DNA of 53,907 bases, taken from contig JACQHC010000054.1 of NCBI GenBank assembly GCA_016199245.1, positions 1 to 53,907 on the forward strand. Direction: 5' to 3'. A program made the position numbers and the translations under genes. Below, piece by piece: positions 1-9,925 of this stretch. This DNA comes from Gemmatimonadota bacterium. GTDB lineage: Bacteria; Gemmatimonadota; Gemmatimonadetes; Gemmatimonadales; GWC2-71-9. Every line of letters begins with the position of its first letter. Positions within the stretch are counted from its first letter, which is position 1. The notes beneath the pieces were generated by a model, which worked only from the letters and a program-made list of their open reading frames with translations, was not told where the DNA came from and made no database searches.

Positions 1-1953
1 CTTCCCTTCCGCGTCGTCGGTGGCGATGCCACGCTCGCGGATCTCAGGGAAGGCATGGTGGACATGGTCGCGACGTACCTGACCGGAGAAGCCGGGACGG
101 TGCGCGCCGCCGATCCCGGGACCGTAATCAGCGCCTGGCGGGCACGCGGCGCCTCAGAGACCACCGATCTCTCGGAGGCGGAGGCGGTCGCGCTGGCGCG
201 TGCGCTCGGCGCCGGGCGCGTGGTCACGGGATCGGTCGTGGGAACAGAGTCGCGCCTCGTGTTCCGTGCCGCTCTGGCCGGTGTACGTGATCGCGGTCCG
301 CCGATTCAGGCCACGATCGAAGGGCCAGCCGAGAGTCTGCTCGTGCTCGTGCCGCGCCTCGTCGGTCAACTCCTCGCGCAGAGCGAAGGCATGGCGGCCG
401 ACCAGAGCGCCAGCCTGACCACGAATTCGCTCGCCGCACTGCGGGCCTATTTGCGCGGACAGGCGCACTACCGGCGCGGGGAATTCGGCGAGGCGGTGAA
501 CCGATACACGGAAGCCCTTCAGACCGACTCAAACTTCGCTCTGGCAGGGGTCGGCCTGGTGTCGGCGAATGGTTGGATCGGGAGCGCCGGAGCCGCCGCG
601 GTGGGCGTGGCCCGGCGGGCCGCATGGCGGAATCGCGAGCTCTTGAGCGCGCGGGACCGAGCCCTGGTGGCCGCGGCCATCGGCCCTAACGGTCCGGATC
701 CGTCCGATTTCGCCGCGCGCCTGCGGGCCAGGGAGCAGGCGACTATCGTGGCCGGGGACCGCGCGGAGGCCTGGTACTACTATGGCGACGCGCTGTTTCA
801 CGACGGCGCCATGCTCGGCCTGGATGATCCGATGGGACGGGCGGAACAGGCGTTACGGCGCGCCCTGACACTCGATTCGTCGCAGGCGGGCATTCTGCAG
901 CACCTGATGCTGCTCGCGGCGAATCGCAAGGACACGGCCGAGATCAGGCGACTGCTACCGCTCCAAGTGGCGGCAACGGGGGACCCGCGACGAGCCCTGG
1001 CAGAGCGCTGGTTCGCCGGTGTGGTAGCCCGGGACACGATGTTGCGGAATGAAGCGCTGGCGGGGTTCGATTCATTGGGGGGCGGCGTGGGCGGTACCTC
1101 GGCCATCGCCTTCAGCGTTCCGTTCATCCCAGAGCATATCGGGGAGATCAGGGATGCGATGGCGCGCCTGCGGCGCAAGGCCGTCAGGCAGGACGACCGC
1201 GATTTTGCGGCGATGCTGGAAGCCTGGCTCGCGCTCGACGCGGGCCGCCCCGAGGACGCGAACCGGATGTTCCAGCAAGTGTCGGTCCGGCCGGACGACC
1301 AGATCGTGTTGGCCACGATCTTCTGGGGGGGTGATGCCGCAGCCGCCCGCCTCGCGGCTGAGCGATTGGCAGCGGCCGCACGGCGGGGGGGGGCAGACTG
1401 GGATTCTGGTGGCTCGGGCGCGTGCGCCCTTGCCCTCTGGCGGCTGGAACAAGGAGAGTTGAGTGCGGTCGAGGCCGACGCGCGGCGGCTCAGGCAATCC
1501 GCGGCGAGTCGTGACCCGAACTGGCCCCCCACGCCGGCACAAGTGTGCGCCGCTGTGCTGGAAGCTGCGCTTGCGCAGCGTGCCAGGCGGGCGGACGCGG
1601 CGCGCCTGATCGACGAGCTGGATCGTAGGCTGCTCACAGTCCCCTACCGAGGCTTGGACTGGGAGAATCTGGCGGTCGCACGCCTGCTCGAGGCGGCGGG
1701 GGAATACGGACGGGCCGCAGCCGCGACGCGCCGTTTTCGGTACTTCTTCGTGTATACCCAGAACCTCTCGACCCACTACCGCGAAGCGGGACGACTGTCC
1801 GAGCTTGCCGGTGACCGCGACCGCGCGATCGACGCCTACACCCGGTACCTGGCGCTGCGGAGCGACCCCGAGCCGTCGGTGCGACCCGAGGTGGAAGAAG
1901 TCCGGCAAGCGCTGAGCAGGCTCACGGGGGAAGCGCCCGTTAATCGGGACTAG
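1..1953 (+). CDS. 5'-truncated CDS: sensor/helical-repeat (TPR-like) region of a Ser/Thr-kinase-family paralogue; any kinase domain lies upstream of the window
   Basis: Frame 1 is open from base 1 (LPFRVVGGDATLADLREGMVDMV...), so the listed 55..1953 ORF is only the part after the first Met. The first ~130 aa align by eye with residues ~330-450 of the kinase at 37238..40159 (FPF, YLREG, LTGE.G, ISAW.RAG, L.EAE..VAR.LGAG, LA.QLL). The rest has the same Ala/Arg/Leu-rich repeat style. Confidence 0.6.
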   Translation, partial: LPFRVVGGDATLADLREGMVDMVATYLTGEAGTVRAADPGTVISAWRARGASETTDLSEAEAVALARALGAGRVVTGSVVGTESRLVFRAALAGVRDRGPPIQATIEGPAESLLVLVPRLVGQLLAQSEGMAADQSASLTTNSLAALRAYLRGQAHYRRGEFGEAVNRYTEALQTDSNFALAGVGLVSANGWIGSAGAAAVGVARRAAWRNRELLSARDRALVAAAIGPNGPDPSDFAARLRAREQATIVAGDRAEAWYYYGDALFHDGAMLGLDDPMGRAEQALRRALTLDSSQAGILQHLMLLAANRKDTAEIRRLLPLQVAATGDPRRALAERWFAGVVARDTMLRNEALAGFDSLGGGVGGTSAIAFSVPFIPEHIGEIRDAMARLRRKAVRQDDRDFAAMLEAWLALDAGRPEDANRMFQQVSVRPDDQIVLATIFWGGDAAAARLAAERLAAAARRGGADWDSGGSGACALALWRLEQGELSAVEADARRLRQSAASRDPNWPPTPAQVCAAVLEAALAQRARRADAARLIDELDRRLLTVPYRGLDWENLAVARLLEAAGEYGRAAAATRRFRYFFVYTQNLSTHYREAGRLSELAGDRDRAIDAYTRYLALRSDPEPSVRPEVEEVRQALSRLTGEAPVNRD

Positions 1954-2296
1954 TCGGGACTAAGGATCATCGACGGGGGCCCCGCCGTGTCGACCCGGCG
2001 CGGACCTTGATTCGCGCTTGACCATACCTCCCGATCTTGGCCCCAGCATGAACGGGAGTCCGCCGTGAGCCGCTCGCTCTTCACCCCTGCTTCGAAACCG
2101 TCACGCTTTCGGTCCTCGCGGCGATGCTGCCGCATCCCTGTCGCGTCCTCGCGACGAGTGGGACGGGGGCCGCCCGAACTTCCGACGACGATCCGGCTAA
2201 GTCGTTGCAGGACAGACAGAAAGAGCCACGCGCCAGCGGGGCATATCGCTTGCCCCGATTGGCCATGACCCTCCATCGAGACTGGCGGCGCCGAGC

Positions 2297-3964
2297 GTGA
2301 CCCCCGTCACTCAACCACGCGCAGCGACAGGACCCGGCGCTGCAACCGGCGCCCCTGGCGACCACGGGCGACGCGCGGATCACGCCGTTCCCGGCGTCAC
2401 GCTCACTCGCACTCCGCCAGCGGGAACCGAACACGTCCTCACGCCGGCCGCGCTCGGATTCGTTGCCCGACTGCACCGTGAGTTCGGCGCGCGGCGGCAG
2501 CGGCTGCTCGACGACCGTACCGCGCGCCAGGACCGAATCGCCAAGGGCGAGCTGCCCGATTTCCTCGCCACCACGAAAGACATCCGCCAATCGGATTGGA
2601 CGGTCGCCCCCGTCCCGGACGAGATCGCCGATCGGCGCGTCGAGATCACGGGTCCGGTGGAGCGCAAGATGATCATCAACGCCCTGAATTCCGGGGCGCG
2701 CGTGTACATGGCGGATTTCGAGGATTCGAACAGCCCCACGTGGACCAATTGTGTCGAAGGCCAGGCCAATCTCAGGGACGCGGTGAACCGGACGATCACT
2801 TTCACCTCGCCCGATGGCAAACTGTATCGCCTTCAAGACCGGACCGCGGTGCTGTTCGTTCGACCCCGAGGCTGGCATCTCGTTGAGAAGCACATGCGGG
2901 TGGACGGGGTGCCAGTCTCGGCGTCGTTGTTCGACTTCGGGCTGTTCTTCTTCCACAACGCCCGGGCGCTGCTCGCGCGGGGCACGCGGCCGTACTTCTA
3001 TCTCCCCAAACTCGAGAGCCATCTCGAGGCACGGTTGTGGAACGACGTGTTCAACCTCGCGCAGGATGAGCTGGGCATCCCGCGCGGGACCATTCGCGCG
3101 ACGGTGTTGATCGAGAACATCCTCGCCGCGTTCGAGATGGACGAGATCCTGTGGGAGCTGCGCGAGCACTCCGCGGGTCTCAATTGCGGCCGGTGGGATT
3201 ACATCTTCAGCTTCATCAAGAAGTTCAGACAGCGGCCGGATTTCGTCGTGCCGGACCGCGGGCAGGTCACGATGGACCGCCATTTCCTCAAGTCCTACGT
3301 GGACTTGCTCATCCGGACGTGCCACCGGCGCGGGGCCCATGCGATGGGCGGCATGGCGGCCCAGATCCCCATCAAAAGCGATCCGACCGCGAACGAGCGC
3401 GCACTGGACAAAGTGCGACAGGACAAGTTGCGCGAGGTCACCGCCGGACATGACGGGACGTGGGTGGCCCATCCGGGCCTGGTGCCCGTCGCGCTGGAAG
3501 CGTTCGACGTCCACATGCCGCGACCGAACCAGATCGATCGGCAGCGCGACGACGTGGCAGTCGGTGCCGCTGATCTTCTGCGCGTGCCCGAAGGCCCGAT
3601 CACGTTCGCCGGCTTGCGACATAACATCGACGTGGGAATCCAGTACCTCGAAGCCTGGCTCTCGGGCAACGGTTGTGTACCGATCTACCACCTCATGGAG
3701 GACGCGGCCACTGCTGAGATCTCACGCTCGCAGGTGTGGCAGTGGGTGCGGCACGGCGCCGCGCTGGATGACGGGCGGCCGGTGACGAAGGACCTCGTGC
3801 GGGCTGTTACGCACGACGAGCTCCAGGCGCTCCGGGACCGGTTCGGACCTGAGCGCATCGCGCGGGGCCGCTTTGGCCTGGCGGCGGAACTGTTACTCGA
3901 GATGATGACCGGTGACCAGTACGCGGAGTGGCTGACCACTGTGGCGTACCGGTATGTCGATTAA
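2297..3964 (+). CDS. aceB: malate synthase A
   Basis: 555-aa ORF with family-typical blocks ([70 protein letters not shown]). It sits directly upstream of isocitrate lyase. GTG start; the N-terminal ~30 aa extension is uncertain. Confidence 0.92.
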   Translation: MTPVTQPRAATGPGAATGAPGDHGRRADHAVPGVTLTRTPPAGTEHVLTPAALGFVARLHREFGARRQRLLDDRTARQDRIAKGELPDFLATTKDIRQSDWTVAPVPDEIADRRVEITGPVERKMIINALNSGARVYMADFEDSNSPTWTNCVEGQANLRDAVNRTITFTSPDGKLYRLQDRTAVLFVRPRGWHLVEKHMRVDGVPVSASLFDFGLFFFHNARALLARGTRPYFYLPKLESHLEARLWNDVFNLAQDELGIPRGTIRATVLIENILAAFEMDEILWELREHSAGLNCGRWDYIFSFIKKFRQRPDFVVPDRGQVTMDRHFLKSYVDLLIRTCHRRGAHAMGGMAAQIPIKSDPTANERALDKVRQDKLREVTAGHDGTWVAHPGLVPVALEAFDVHMPRPNQIDRQRDDVAVGAADLLRVPEGPITFAGLRHNIDVGIQYLEAWLSGNGCVPIYHLMEDAATAEISRSQVWQWVRHGAALDDGRPVTKDLVRAVTHDELQALRDRFGPERIARGRFGLAAELLLEMMTGDQYAEWLTTVAYRYVD

Positions 3965-4006
3965 GCAAGCGCGCAGCGTTCTGACTCCTCGACCCCCGAG
4001 GCCGTG

Positions 4007-5314
4007 ATGGACAAAGCGACATTCGTTTCGCAACTCGAGCGGCGGTGGCGGACCGACCCGCGCTGGCAGGGCTGCTCTCGCCCGTACTCGGCGGAGGACG
4101 TGTGGCGCATCCGGGGCACGGTGGGAGTCGAGCATACGTTGGCGCGGCGCGGCGCCGAGCGTCTGTGGCGCCTCCTGCATGAGGAACCGTACGTGCCGGC
4201 GCTCAGCGCCCTCACCGGCAACCAGGCGGTGCAGGAGGTCAAGGCGGGGCTCAAGGCCATCTACGTGAGCGGCTGGCAGGTGGCCGGCGACATGAACGAT
4301 GCTGGCGAGATCTACCCGGACCAGAGCCTCTACCCCGCGGACAGCGTCCCCAATCTCGTCACGCGGATCAACAACGCGTTGCTGCGGGCGGATGAGATTC
4401 ACCACCAGAACGGCGAGGACGGGATTGACTGGCTCGTCCCCATCGTGGCCGATGCGGAGGCGGGCTTCGGTGGCCTGCTCAACGCCTACGAGCTCATGAA
4501 GCACATGATCCGCGCCGGGGCGGCGGCAGTCCATTTCGAGGATCAGCTGGCATCACTCAAGAAGTGCGGTCACCTGGGCGGCAAAGTGCTGGTGCCCACC
4601 AGCGAGTTCATCAACAAGCTCGTGGCGGCGCGTCTGGCCGCCGACGCCCTCGACGTGCCCACGATGCTGATCGCGCGCACCGATGCCCTCTCTGCCACGA
4701 TCCTGGCCAACGACATTGACCTGCACGACCGCGCCTTCACCACCGGCGAGCGGACGCCGGAAGGATTCCTCAAGGTGCGGGGCGGCATCGACGTCGCGAT
4801 CGCGCGCGCTCTGTCGTACGCTCCGTACGCCGATATGCTGTGGTTCGAAACCTCGAAGCCGGACATGAGCGAGGCCCGGCGTTTCGCCGACGCAGTTCAT
4901 GCCCGGTTCCCGGGCAAGCCCCTGGCGTATAACTGCTCGCCGTCGTTCAACTGGACGTTGCATTTGTCCGATGATCAGATCGCGAGCTTTCAGCAGGACC
5001 TGGGGCGGCTGGGGTACACGTTCCAGTTCGTCACGCTGTCCGGGTTCCACGCGCTGAATCACGCGACGTTCACGCTGGCGCTGGGGTACCGCGCGCGAGG
5101 CATGGCGGCCTACGCGGAGCTCCAACAGCACGAGCTGGCATCTGAGAAGCTGGGGTACGAGGCGGTGAAGCATCAGCAGTTCGTCGGGACCGGCTATTAC
5201 GACGAGATCACGCAGATCGTGACCGGCGGGCGATCCTCGTCGCTCGCCATGCGGGAGTCAACCGAAGCCGAGCAATTCCATCACGGAACGCCGAAGGTGG
5301 CGAAGTCGGCGTAA
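4007..5314 (+). CDS. aceA: isocitrate lyase
   Basis: Carries the catalytic KKCGHLGGK motif and the conserved SGWQVAGD and ARTDA blocks. I prefer ATG 4007 over the adjacent GTG 4004 listed in the track. Confidence 0.95.
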   Translation: MDKATFVSQLERRWRTDPRWQGCSRPYSAEDVWRIRGTVGVEHTLARRGAERLWRLLHEEPYVPALSALTGNQAVQEVKAGLKAIYVSGWQVAGDMNDAGEIYPDQSLYPADSVPNLVTRINNALLRADEIHHQNGEDGIDWLVPIVADAEAGFGGLLNAYELMKHMIRAGAAAVHFEDQLASLKKCGHLGGKVLVPTSEFINKLVAARLAADALDVPTMLIARTDALSATILANDIDLHDRAFTTGERTPEGFLKVRGGIDVAIARALSYAPYADMLWFETSKPDMSEARRFADAVHARFPGKPLAYNCSPSFNWTLHLSDDQIASFQQDLGRLGYTFQFVTLSGFHALNHATFTLALGYRARGMAAYAELQQHELASEKLGYEAVKHQQFVGTGYYDEITQIVTGGRSSSLAMRESTEAEQFHHGTPKVAKSA

Positions 5315-5442
5315 CGACATAGGGGGATGGTCGGGGCGGCCGGCAGCTGAGCGAAGACCTGAAGGAGGCATGAGCCCCGGCGCGGCCGCACCCGTCCATC
5401 ACCTCAATCTCTGCTCTACATCCAGCGCACGCAAACTCGTGG

Positions 5443-6054
5443 TCACGCGGTGTCCGTCAGCACGCGGACCAGCCCCGTGGTCAAGTCGTACACCCATCCG
5501 TGGAGCCGGGGCAGCCCGGGAGTGCGCTCCCACTGTCGCCGGATCACCGTGAGATGAGAAAGGTGGGTGAGCTGTAACCGCACGTTCTCCTCGACGACGA
5601 GCCGGAGATAGGCCTCCCCATCGAGGGAACGTCCGCTGGCGGCCAGGCGCTGGTCCACGGCGCGTTTGGCCCACGCAGCGATCATCAGCCAATCTCCCAG
5701 GTAGGACGCGTGGAGCTGCGGCGTGCACGCTTCCCGCACGCCGCCGCAGCCATAGTGGCCGCACACGATCACGTCGGGAACGTGGAGCACCGACGTGGCG
5801 AACTCGATCACCGAGGCGATGTTGATGTCGTTGTAAGCGACGATATTGGCGACGTTGCGGTGCACGAACAGCTCCCCCGGACCGCAACCGAGGACCTCGT
5901 CGATCGGGACGCGGGAGTCCGAACATCCGATCACCAGCGCGCGAGGGACCTGACCACGCGCCAATCGGTCGAAGAACCCGGGATCTGTCGCGAGTTTGGC
6001 GGCCGCCCAGTCCCGGTTCCGGCGGAGGAGATCATCGAGGGGCACGGAAGTCAT
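5443..6054 (-). CDS. can: beta-class carbonic anhydrase
   Basis: Zinc-ligand motifs CSDSRVP and VCGHYGCGG; 203 aa, typical for the family. Confidence 0.9.
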   Translation of the reverse strand: MTSVPLDDLLRRNRDWAAAKLATDPGFFDRLARGQVPRALVIGCSDSRVPIDEVLGCGPGELFVHRNVANIVAYNDINIASVIEFATSVLHVPDVIVCGHYGCGGVREACTPQLHASYLGDWLMIAAWAKRAVDQRLAASGRSLDGEAYLRLVVEENVRLQLTHLSHLTVIRRQWERTPGLPRLHGWVYDLTTGLVRVLTDTA

Positions 6055-6107
6055 CGGCGCGACGGTTGAGTAGTCCTCAATAACTGGGCCCTATGACTCA
6101 ACGGCGG

Positions 6108-6788
6108 TCACGCGGGGTAGAGGTCCATCGATTCCACCTGCGCCGCGGGCGCAATCAACGCAACGTTCGCCTGGATATCGGTGAGATGCTCCCGCACGAC
6201 CTTCCCGGGGATTCCGGCCGGGGCGTACACCGTGAACAGCACCCGGACTGTATCCGGCGTGATGCGCGTCCGATAGTCCGGACCGTACAGCACGCTCGAG
6301 ATGACCGCGCGGGCGTCCGAGATCATCATGTCGCCCGGCTTCAGCTGTTGCTCCTGTCCGTTCAGTCGCACGTAGCGCTCGGTGCCGGTGGCTACGTCGA
6401 GCCGCGCCGGTAGCTCCACTGCTGCGAGATCATGACCCGCCGTCAGCAGCGCGTTCTTGAGCTCGGCCGTGAACATCGCCTCGACCAGGGCCGCGACACG
6501 TGGCAGCGAGCGACCTTTCCACGCAATGGACTCCAGCTGATGCTGGACGTGGTAGCTGCTGCCGAGCCGCTTGTAATACGCGAGGTAGGCCTCGAGCGCC
6601 GGCAGGGCCGCTCGCAGGGCGGTCCGGTCCAGACCCGCAAACCGGGAACGCAGCTGGCTCTCCAGTTCCTGCTTGCGAGCCTCCAGCGCCGGGTGATGGG
6701 GCGGATTGACCACGTCGCGCATGGCCAGGACCCCCACGACGGCGCCAGGGTAGGCCGCCTTCCAGCCGGGCGAGACGATGAACGTCAT
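6108..6788 (-). CDS. B3/B4 tRNA-binding-domain protein (PheT B3/4-like)
   Basis: Family-like blocks (YKRLGSSYHVQHQLESI, LP..AALVEAMFTAELKNALLTAGHD) begin at MTFIVSPGW. The ATG at 6788 trims 72 low-quality codons from the listed 298-aa ORF. Confidence 0.7.
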   Translation of the reverse strand: MTFIVSPGWKAAYPGAVVGVLAMRDVVNPPHHPALEARKQELESQLRSRFAGLDRTALRAALPALEAYLAYYKRLGSSYHVQHQLESIAWKGRSLPRVAALVEAMFTAELKNALLTAGHDLAAVELPARLDVATGTERYVRLNGQEQQLKPGDMMISDARAVISSVLYGPDYRTRITPDTVRVLFTVYAPAGIPGKVVREHLTDIQANVALIAPAAQVESMDLYPA

Positions 6789-6978
6789 GTGCGAACGGCC
6801 CCTCCCGAGACAGATCGAGGTCACGCCGCTAACGGAAGCTCTGCGCAGGTCCGCGCCACTTGTGCAGAGCGTCCCCAAGATGCGCGTGGAGGGTGATCCA
6901 AGCCAGCGGCTCTCAGCACTGACCGCTTGACGCCCCGGCACGCAGCCGGAAGCTTTGTCGGGCACCGGAGCCCAAACC

Positions 6979-7608
6979 ATGGCCAACATCCCGTTCACCA
7001 ACAACTACGCGGATCTCTCCTCGCAGCGCGGCTACCAGTTCAAGTTTCATTGCCAGAAGTGCGGCAACGGGTACATGTCCACCTTCCAGGCCAGCAAACT
7101 GGGCACGGCGGCGGCCGCGGCGAACGCGGCCGCGTCGCTATTGGGAGGGATCTTCGGCCGGGCGGCGCAGTCGGCGCAGGCGCTCCAGTCCATGGTGGCC
7201 GGCCCGCAGCACGACGCCGCGCTGAACGCGGCAGTGCGCGAGATCAGCCCGCTGTTCAAGCAGTGCAGCCGCTGCGGCCAATGGGTGTGCGAGCCCGTGT
7301 GCTGGAACAAGAAGGCCGGCTTGTGCGAAACGTGCGCCCCGGACCTGGACGAAGAGATCGCCGCGGCGCAGGCGAGCGCGGCGAGGGAACAGGTAGCGGA
7401 GAAGGCGCGCGAGATCGACTACGTCGGGCAGCGCAACCTGGCGCAGGTGGCCGCTGTCATCTGTCCCACGTGCGGGGCCAAGGCCCAGGGCGGGAAATTC
7501 TGCCCGGAATGTGGCGCGTCACTCAGCCCAAAGCGGAAATGCGCGCATTGCGGGGCCGAGGCGGATGGCACGCCCAAGTTCTGCCCGGAGTGTGGCAAGG
7601 CGTATTGA
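6979..7608 (+). CDS. multi-zinc-ribbon protein
   Basis: Several CxxC pairs (CQKCG, CSRCGQWVC, CETC, CPTCG, CPECG, CAHCG, CPECG). ATG 6979 is preferred over TTG 6955. Only 24 nt separate it from the downstream cytochrome gene. Confidence 0.7.
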   Translation: MANIPFTNNYADLSSQRGYQFKFHCQKCGNGYMSTFQASKLGTAAAAANAAASLLGGIFGRAAQSAQALQSMVAGPQHDAALNAAVREISPLFKQCSRCGQWVCEPVCWNKKAGLCETCAPDLDEEIAAAQASAAREQVAEKAREIDYVGQRNLAQVAAVICPTCGAKAQGGKFCPECGASLSPKRKCAHCGAEADGTPKFCPECGKAY

Positions 7609-7632
7609 TCACCTCAACGCCGGAGGCAGTAA

Positions 7633-8604
7633 TTGCGCAAGATCTTGTTCGTCCTGCTCATCGTGATCGCGGTCGTCGTCGCGGGGGCCGCCGTGTTCGT
7701 GGCCCTGCGCCAGAATCTCACGTTCGACCCGCCCTACCCGGACGTCACCGCCTCGTCGGATTCGTCCGTCGTGGCCCGCGGCCGCTACATCGTGCGGGAC
7801 GTGGCGCCATGTGCGGCCTGTCACGGAGATCCCGCACAGCGCGCGGCGTTCAACGAGGGGGCCGACGTGCCGCTGAGTGGCGGCTACGCGTTTGTCATCC
7901 CGCCCGGGACGTTCTACACCCGCAACCTCACCTCCGATGGTGAGACCGGCATGGGCAGCGTCTCCGACGGGGCCATCGCGCGTGCGCTCCGGTACGGGGT
8001 CGGGTACGACGGACGTGCTCTGCTGCCCTTCATGGAGATGCAGGGGCTGTCCGACGAGGACCTGAGAGCGGTGGTGTCCTACCTGCGCACACAACCGCCG
8101 GTGCGTAATCCGGTTCCCGCCCATCGCTTCACGCTAATCGGCAGGGTCGTGAAGGCGACCGCGCTCGCGAATCCGGTGGGTCCGGCGGAGCCGCTATCCG
8201 ATCGCTCGCCGCGCGGCGCCAGCGTGGAGAACGGGCGGTATCTGGCGGAGTCTGTCGCGCTGTGCTGGGCCTGCCACACGCAGCGCAACCAGATGACCGG
8301 CGCCCTCGTCGGGCCGCGGAACGGCGGGGCGACCGGATTCCTCGAGCCGGACGATCCCGGGCACTCCTGGTCGCCTCCGAACATCACGAGCGACCCGGAA
8401 ACGGGACGCCTGGGCCGGATGAGCGAGGATGCCTTTGTGGCCCGGTTCCGGGCGGGCCGCCTGATTCCCGGCTCACCCATGCCCTGGCAGGCGTTCGCTC
8501 GGATGACCGAGGAGGATCTGCGCGCGATCTACCGCTACCTGATGACCGTACCGCCGGCGAAGAACGACGTCGGTCCACCGGTGGTGAACCTCGAGCAGTC
8601 CTGA
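7633..8604 (+). CDS. membrane-anchored dihaem c-type cytochrome
   Basis: Two CxxCH motifs (CAACH, CWACH) and an N-terminal TM helix (ILFVLLIVIAVVVAGAAVFVAL). GGAGG at 7622..7626 lies 6 nt before the TTG start. Confidence 0.8.
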   Translation: MRKILFVLLIVIAVVVAGAAVFVALRQNLTFDPPYPDVTASSDSSVVARGRYIVRDVAPCAACHGDPAQRAAFNEGADVPLSGGYAFVIPPGTFYTRNLTSDGETGMGSVSDGAIARALRYGVGYDGRALLPFMEMQGLSDEDLRAVVSYLRTQPPVRNPVPAHRFTLIGRVVKATALANPVGPAEPLSDRSPRGASVENGRYLAESVALCWACHTQRNQMTGALVGPRNGGATGFLEPDDPGHSWSPPNITSDPETGRLGRMSEDAFVARFRAGRLIPGSPMPWQAFARMTEEDLRAIYRYLMTVPPAKNDVGPPVVNLEQS

Positions 8605-9262
8605 GCCGCCGGAGCGCGCAAAGGAACTGGTGCAACGCCGCCGCCACGATGGGCTTGGCCCATTCCGGTACCAGGGCGAGGTCGCACGCTTCGACGACGC
8701 GGCCGCGCTCCCACTGCAAGATCAGCTGCGGCGTCGGGGCCTTGCCCGCATGCGGGTCTCGCTCGGTGCTGTTGTCGTACACCCGCAGCGCCGTCAACCC
8801 CGGCAGCAAGCGGACCAGGTTGAGCCGACTGCTGTCGTAGCGCTCGCGGATCTTGGACTCAGGGACCGGGTGTCCACCCCGTTCCACCCGGGCGCGCACT
8901 CGGGCGATATGAAGCTCGGGGCTGTTGAGTCCAACGAACCATACTCGAAGCTCGACGCCCGACGCGATCGCTTTCTGCAGTAATCTCGCAATCGTGGTCC
9001 CACCAAGCGTTGTCTCGAAGGCAAAGTCCAGGCGCTGCGCGATCGCTCGTTCCAGCAGACGCTTTCCCTGTTGCCAGGCTTCGGCGTTGGCCTGAGCGAG
9101 GGAGATCCCGGGGTTGGCCGCCAGCATCAGCCGGGCGGCTTCGTCCCGGTTGAAGTAGCCCGCGCTTTCCCGCTCGAACGTCGCCCCGGCGATACTGCTC
9201 TTTCCAGCTCCGTTGGCCCCGGCGAGAACGTAGAGGCGGGGGATCCGCGGTCCATCAGGCAC
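8384..9262 (-). CDS. zeta-toxin-like P-loop ATPase/kinase (COG4185-type), putative toxin
   Basis: Walker A LAGANGAGKS, plus AFETTLGG, HIARVRARVERGGHPVPESKIRERY and VYDNS blocks typical of zeta/COG4185 proteins. The GTG start overlaps the antitoxin stop by 8 nt. The recognisable domain ends near residue 210; the last ~72 aa are an R/S/P-rich tail antisense to the cytochrome gene. Confidence 0.7.
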   Translation of the reverse strand: MPDGPRIPRLYVLAGANGAGKSSIAGATFERESAGYFNRDEAARLMLAANPGISLAQANAEAWQQGKRLLERAIAQRLDFAFETTLGGTTIARLLQKAIASGVELRVWFVGLNSPELHIARVRARVERGGHPVPESKIRERYDSSRLNLVRLLPGLTALRVYDNSTERDPHAGKAPTPQLILQWERGRVVEACDLALVPEWAKPIVAAALHQFLCALRRLRTARGSPPVDRRRSSPAVRSSGSGRSRADPPRSSERTPARAWVSRESGGPPGTGPQRHPRSSGPGVPFPGRS

Positions 9263-9641
9263 GCCTGCGCGCGGCCGTCACCGCAGCCTTCCCCAGTTCC
9301 TTCGGCGCGGCGTGAAACGCGGCCTTCATGCCGGCCCGCGCTCGCGGTGTCTGCATGCGATCAAGCAACGCGTCGAACTCCGACGCAAGTGTGTCCAGAT
9401 CGCGCGTGGCTCCGGTCGAGAGCGCCTTGAAGTCGTCGAACGAGATGATCACCGCCTTTGGCGCATCATGCTTCGTGACGACGACGACCCCTCCCTGGAG
9501 AACAGTGTCCAGGACGTGCCCGAACTCGTTCTTGGCACTTGTCGCACTGAGCAACGCGGGTTCGACCAGCTCGCCGCGCTGATTGCGAAACGGGGCGAGC
9601 GCTCTCCCCCGCCGGCGTTTGGAGCCTGGCAGTGTCCTCAT
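9255..9641 (-). CDS. Phd/YefM-family antitoxin
   Basis: Phd/YefM-type core (SATSAKNEFGHVLDTVLQGGVVVVTKHDAPKAVIISFDDFKAL). ATG 9641 is preceded by GGAGGAG 5 nt upstream. Confidence 0.7.
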   Translation of the reverse strand: MRTLPGSKRRRGRALAPFRNQRGELVEPALLSATSAKNEFGHVLDTVLQGGVVVVTKHDAPKAVIISFDDFKALSTGATRDLDTLASEFDALLDRMQTPRARAGMKAAFHAAPKELGKAAVTAARRRA

Positions 9642-9658
9642 GGCGCCTCCTCCAAGCA

Positions 9659-9687
9659 AGATTAGCCTATTTAGCTAAATAGATCAA
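9659..9687 (-). promoter_or_regulatory. sigma70-like promoter with embedded palindromic operator for the Phd/zeta operon
   Basis: Minus-strand sequence is TTGATC-N17-TAATCT. The perfect 16-bp palindrome CTATTTAGCTAAATAG (9667..9682) fills the spacer. This is a locally AT-rich patch. Confidence 0.5.
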
Positions 9688-9925
9688 TACGATGAGCAGG
9701 CAGCTCTGCCCCGTTATCGCGCAGCGGAATCTGGCCGGACTCCGTTTGCTCTTCTCGGCCGGGCGTGTCTAGCCCCGCGCGCCTTGCGGGCTGTAAGTTC
9801 GCCCTGCCCGCTGCATGCGGCGGGCGGGCCCAGAGCGTCAAGTGCGTGGTCATGACGCGCTACACCGACGCCGACGTGACGTGGAACACCGGTCAGCACG
9901 CAGCGCAACCTTGATCCCGAAAGGC

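Noticed and set aside
2081-3691. 536-aa minus-strand ORF; similar long antisense ORFs at 14348..15889, 21171..22838, 24378..25655, 34163..35407, 35459..36988, 37298..38992, 39128..40321, 43399..44088 and 46185..46820
   Set aside because: Each overlaps a confidently identified gene on the opposite strand (aceB, S9 peptidase, helicase, cpgS-like, iorB, amidohydrolase, kinase, queE, methyltransferase). All have Arg-rich, low-information translations.
5370-5552. 60-aa ORF with AGGAGG immediately before its ATG
   Set aside because: The SD-like sequence is only 1 nt from the ATG. The ORF runs antisense into the carbonic anhydrase gene, and its translation is Ala/Pro/Arg-rich noise.
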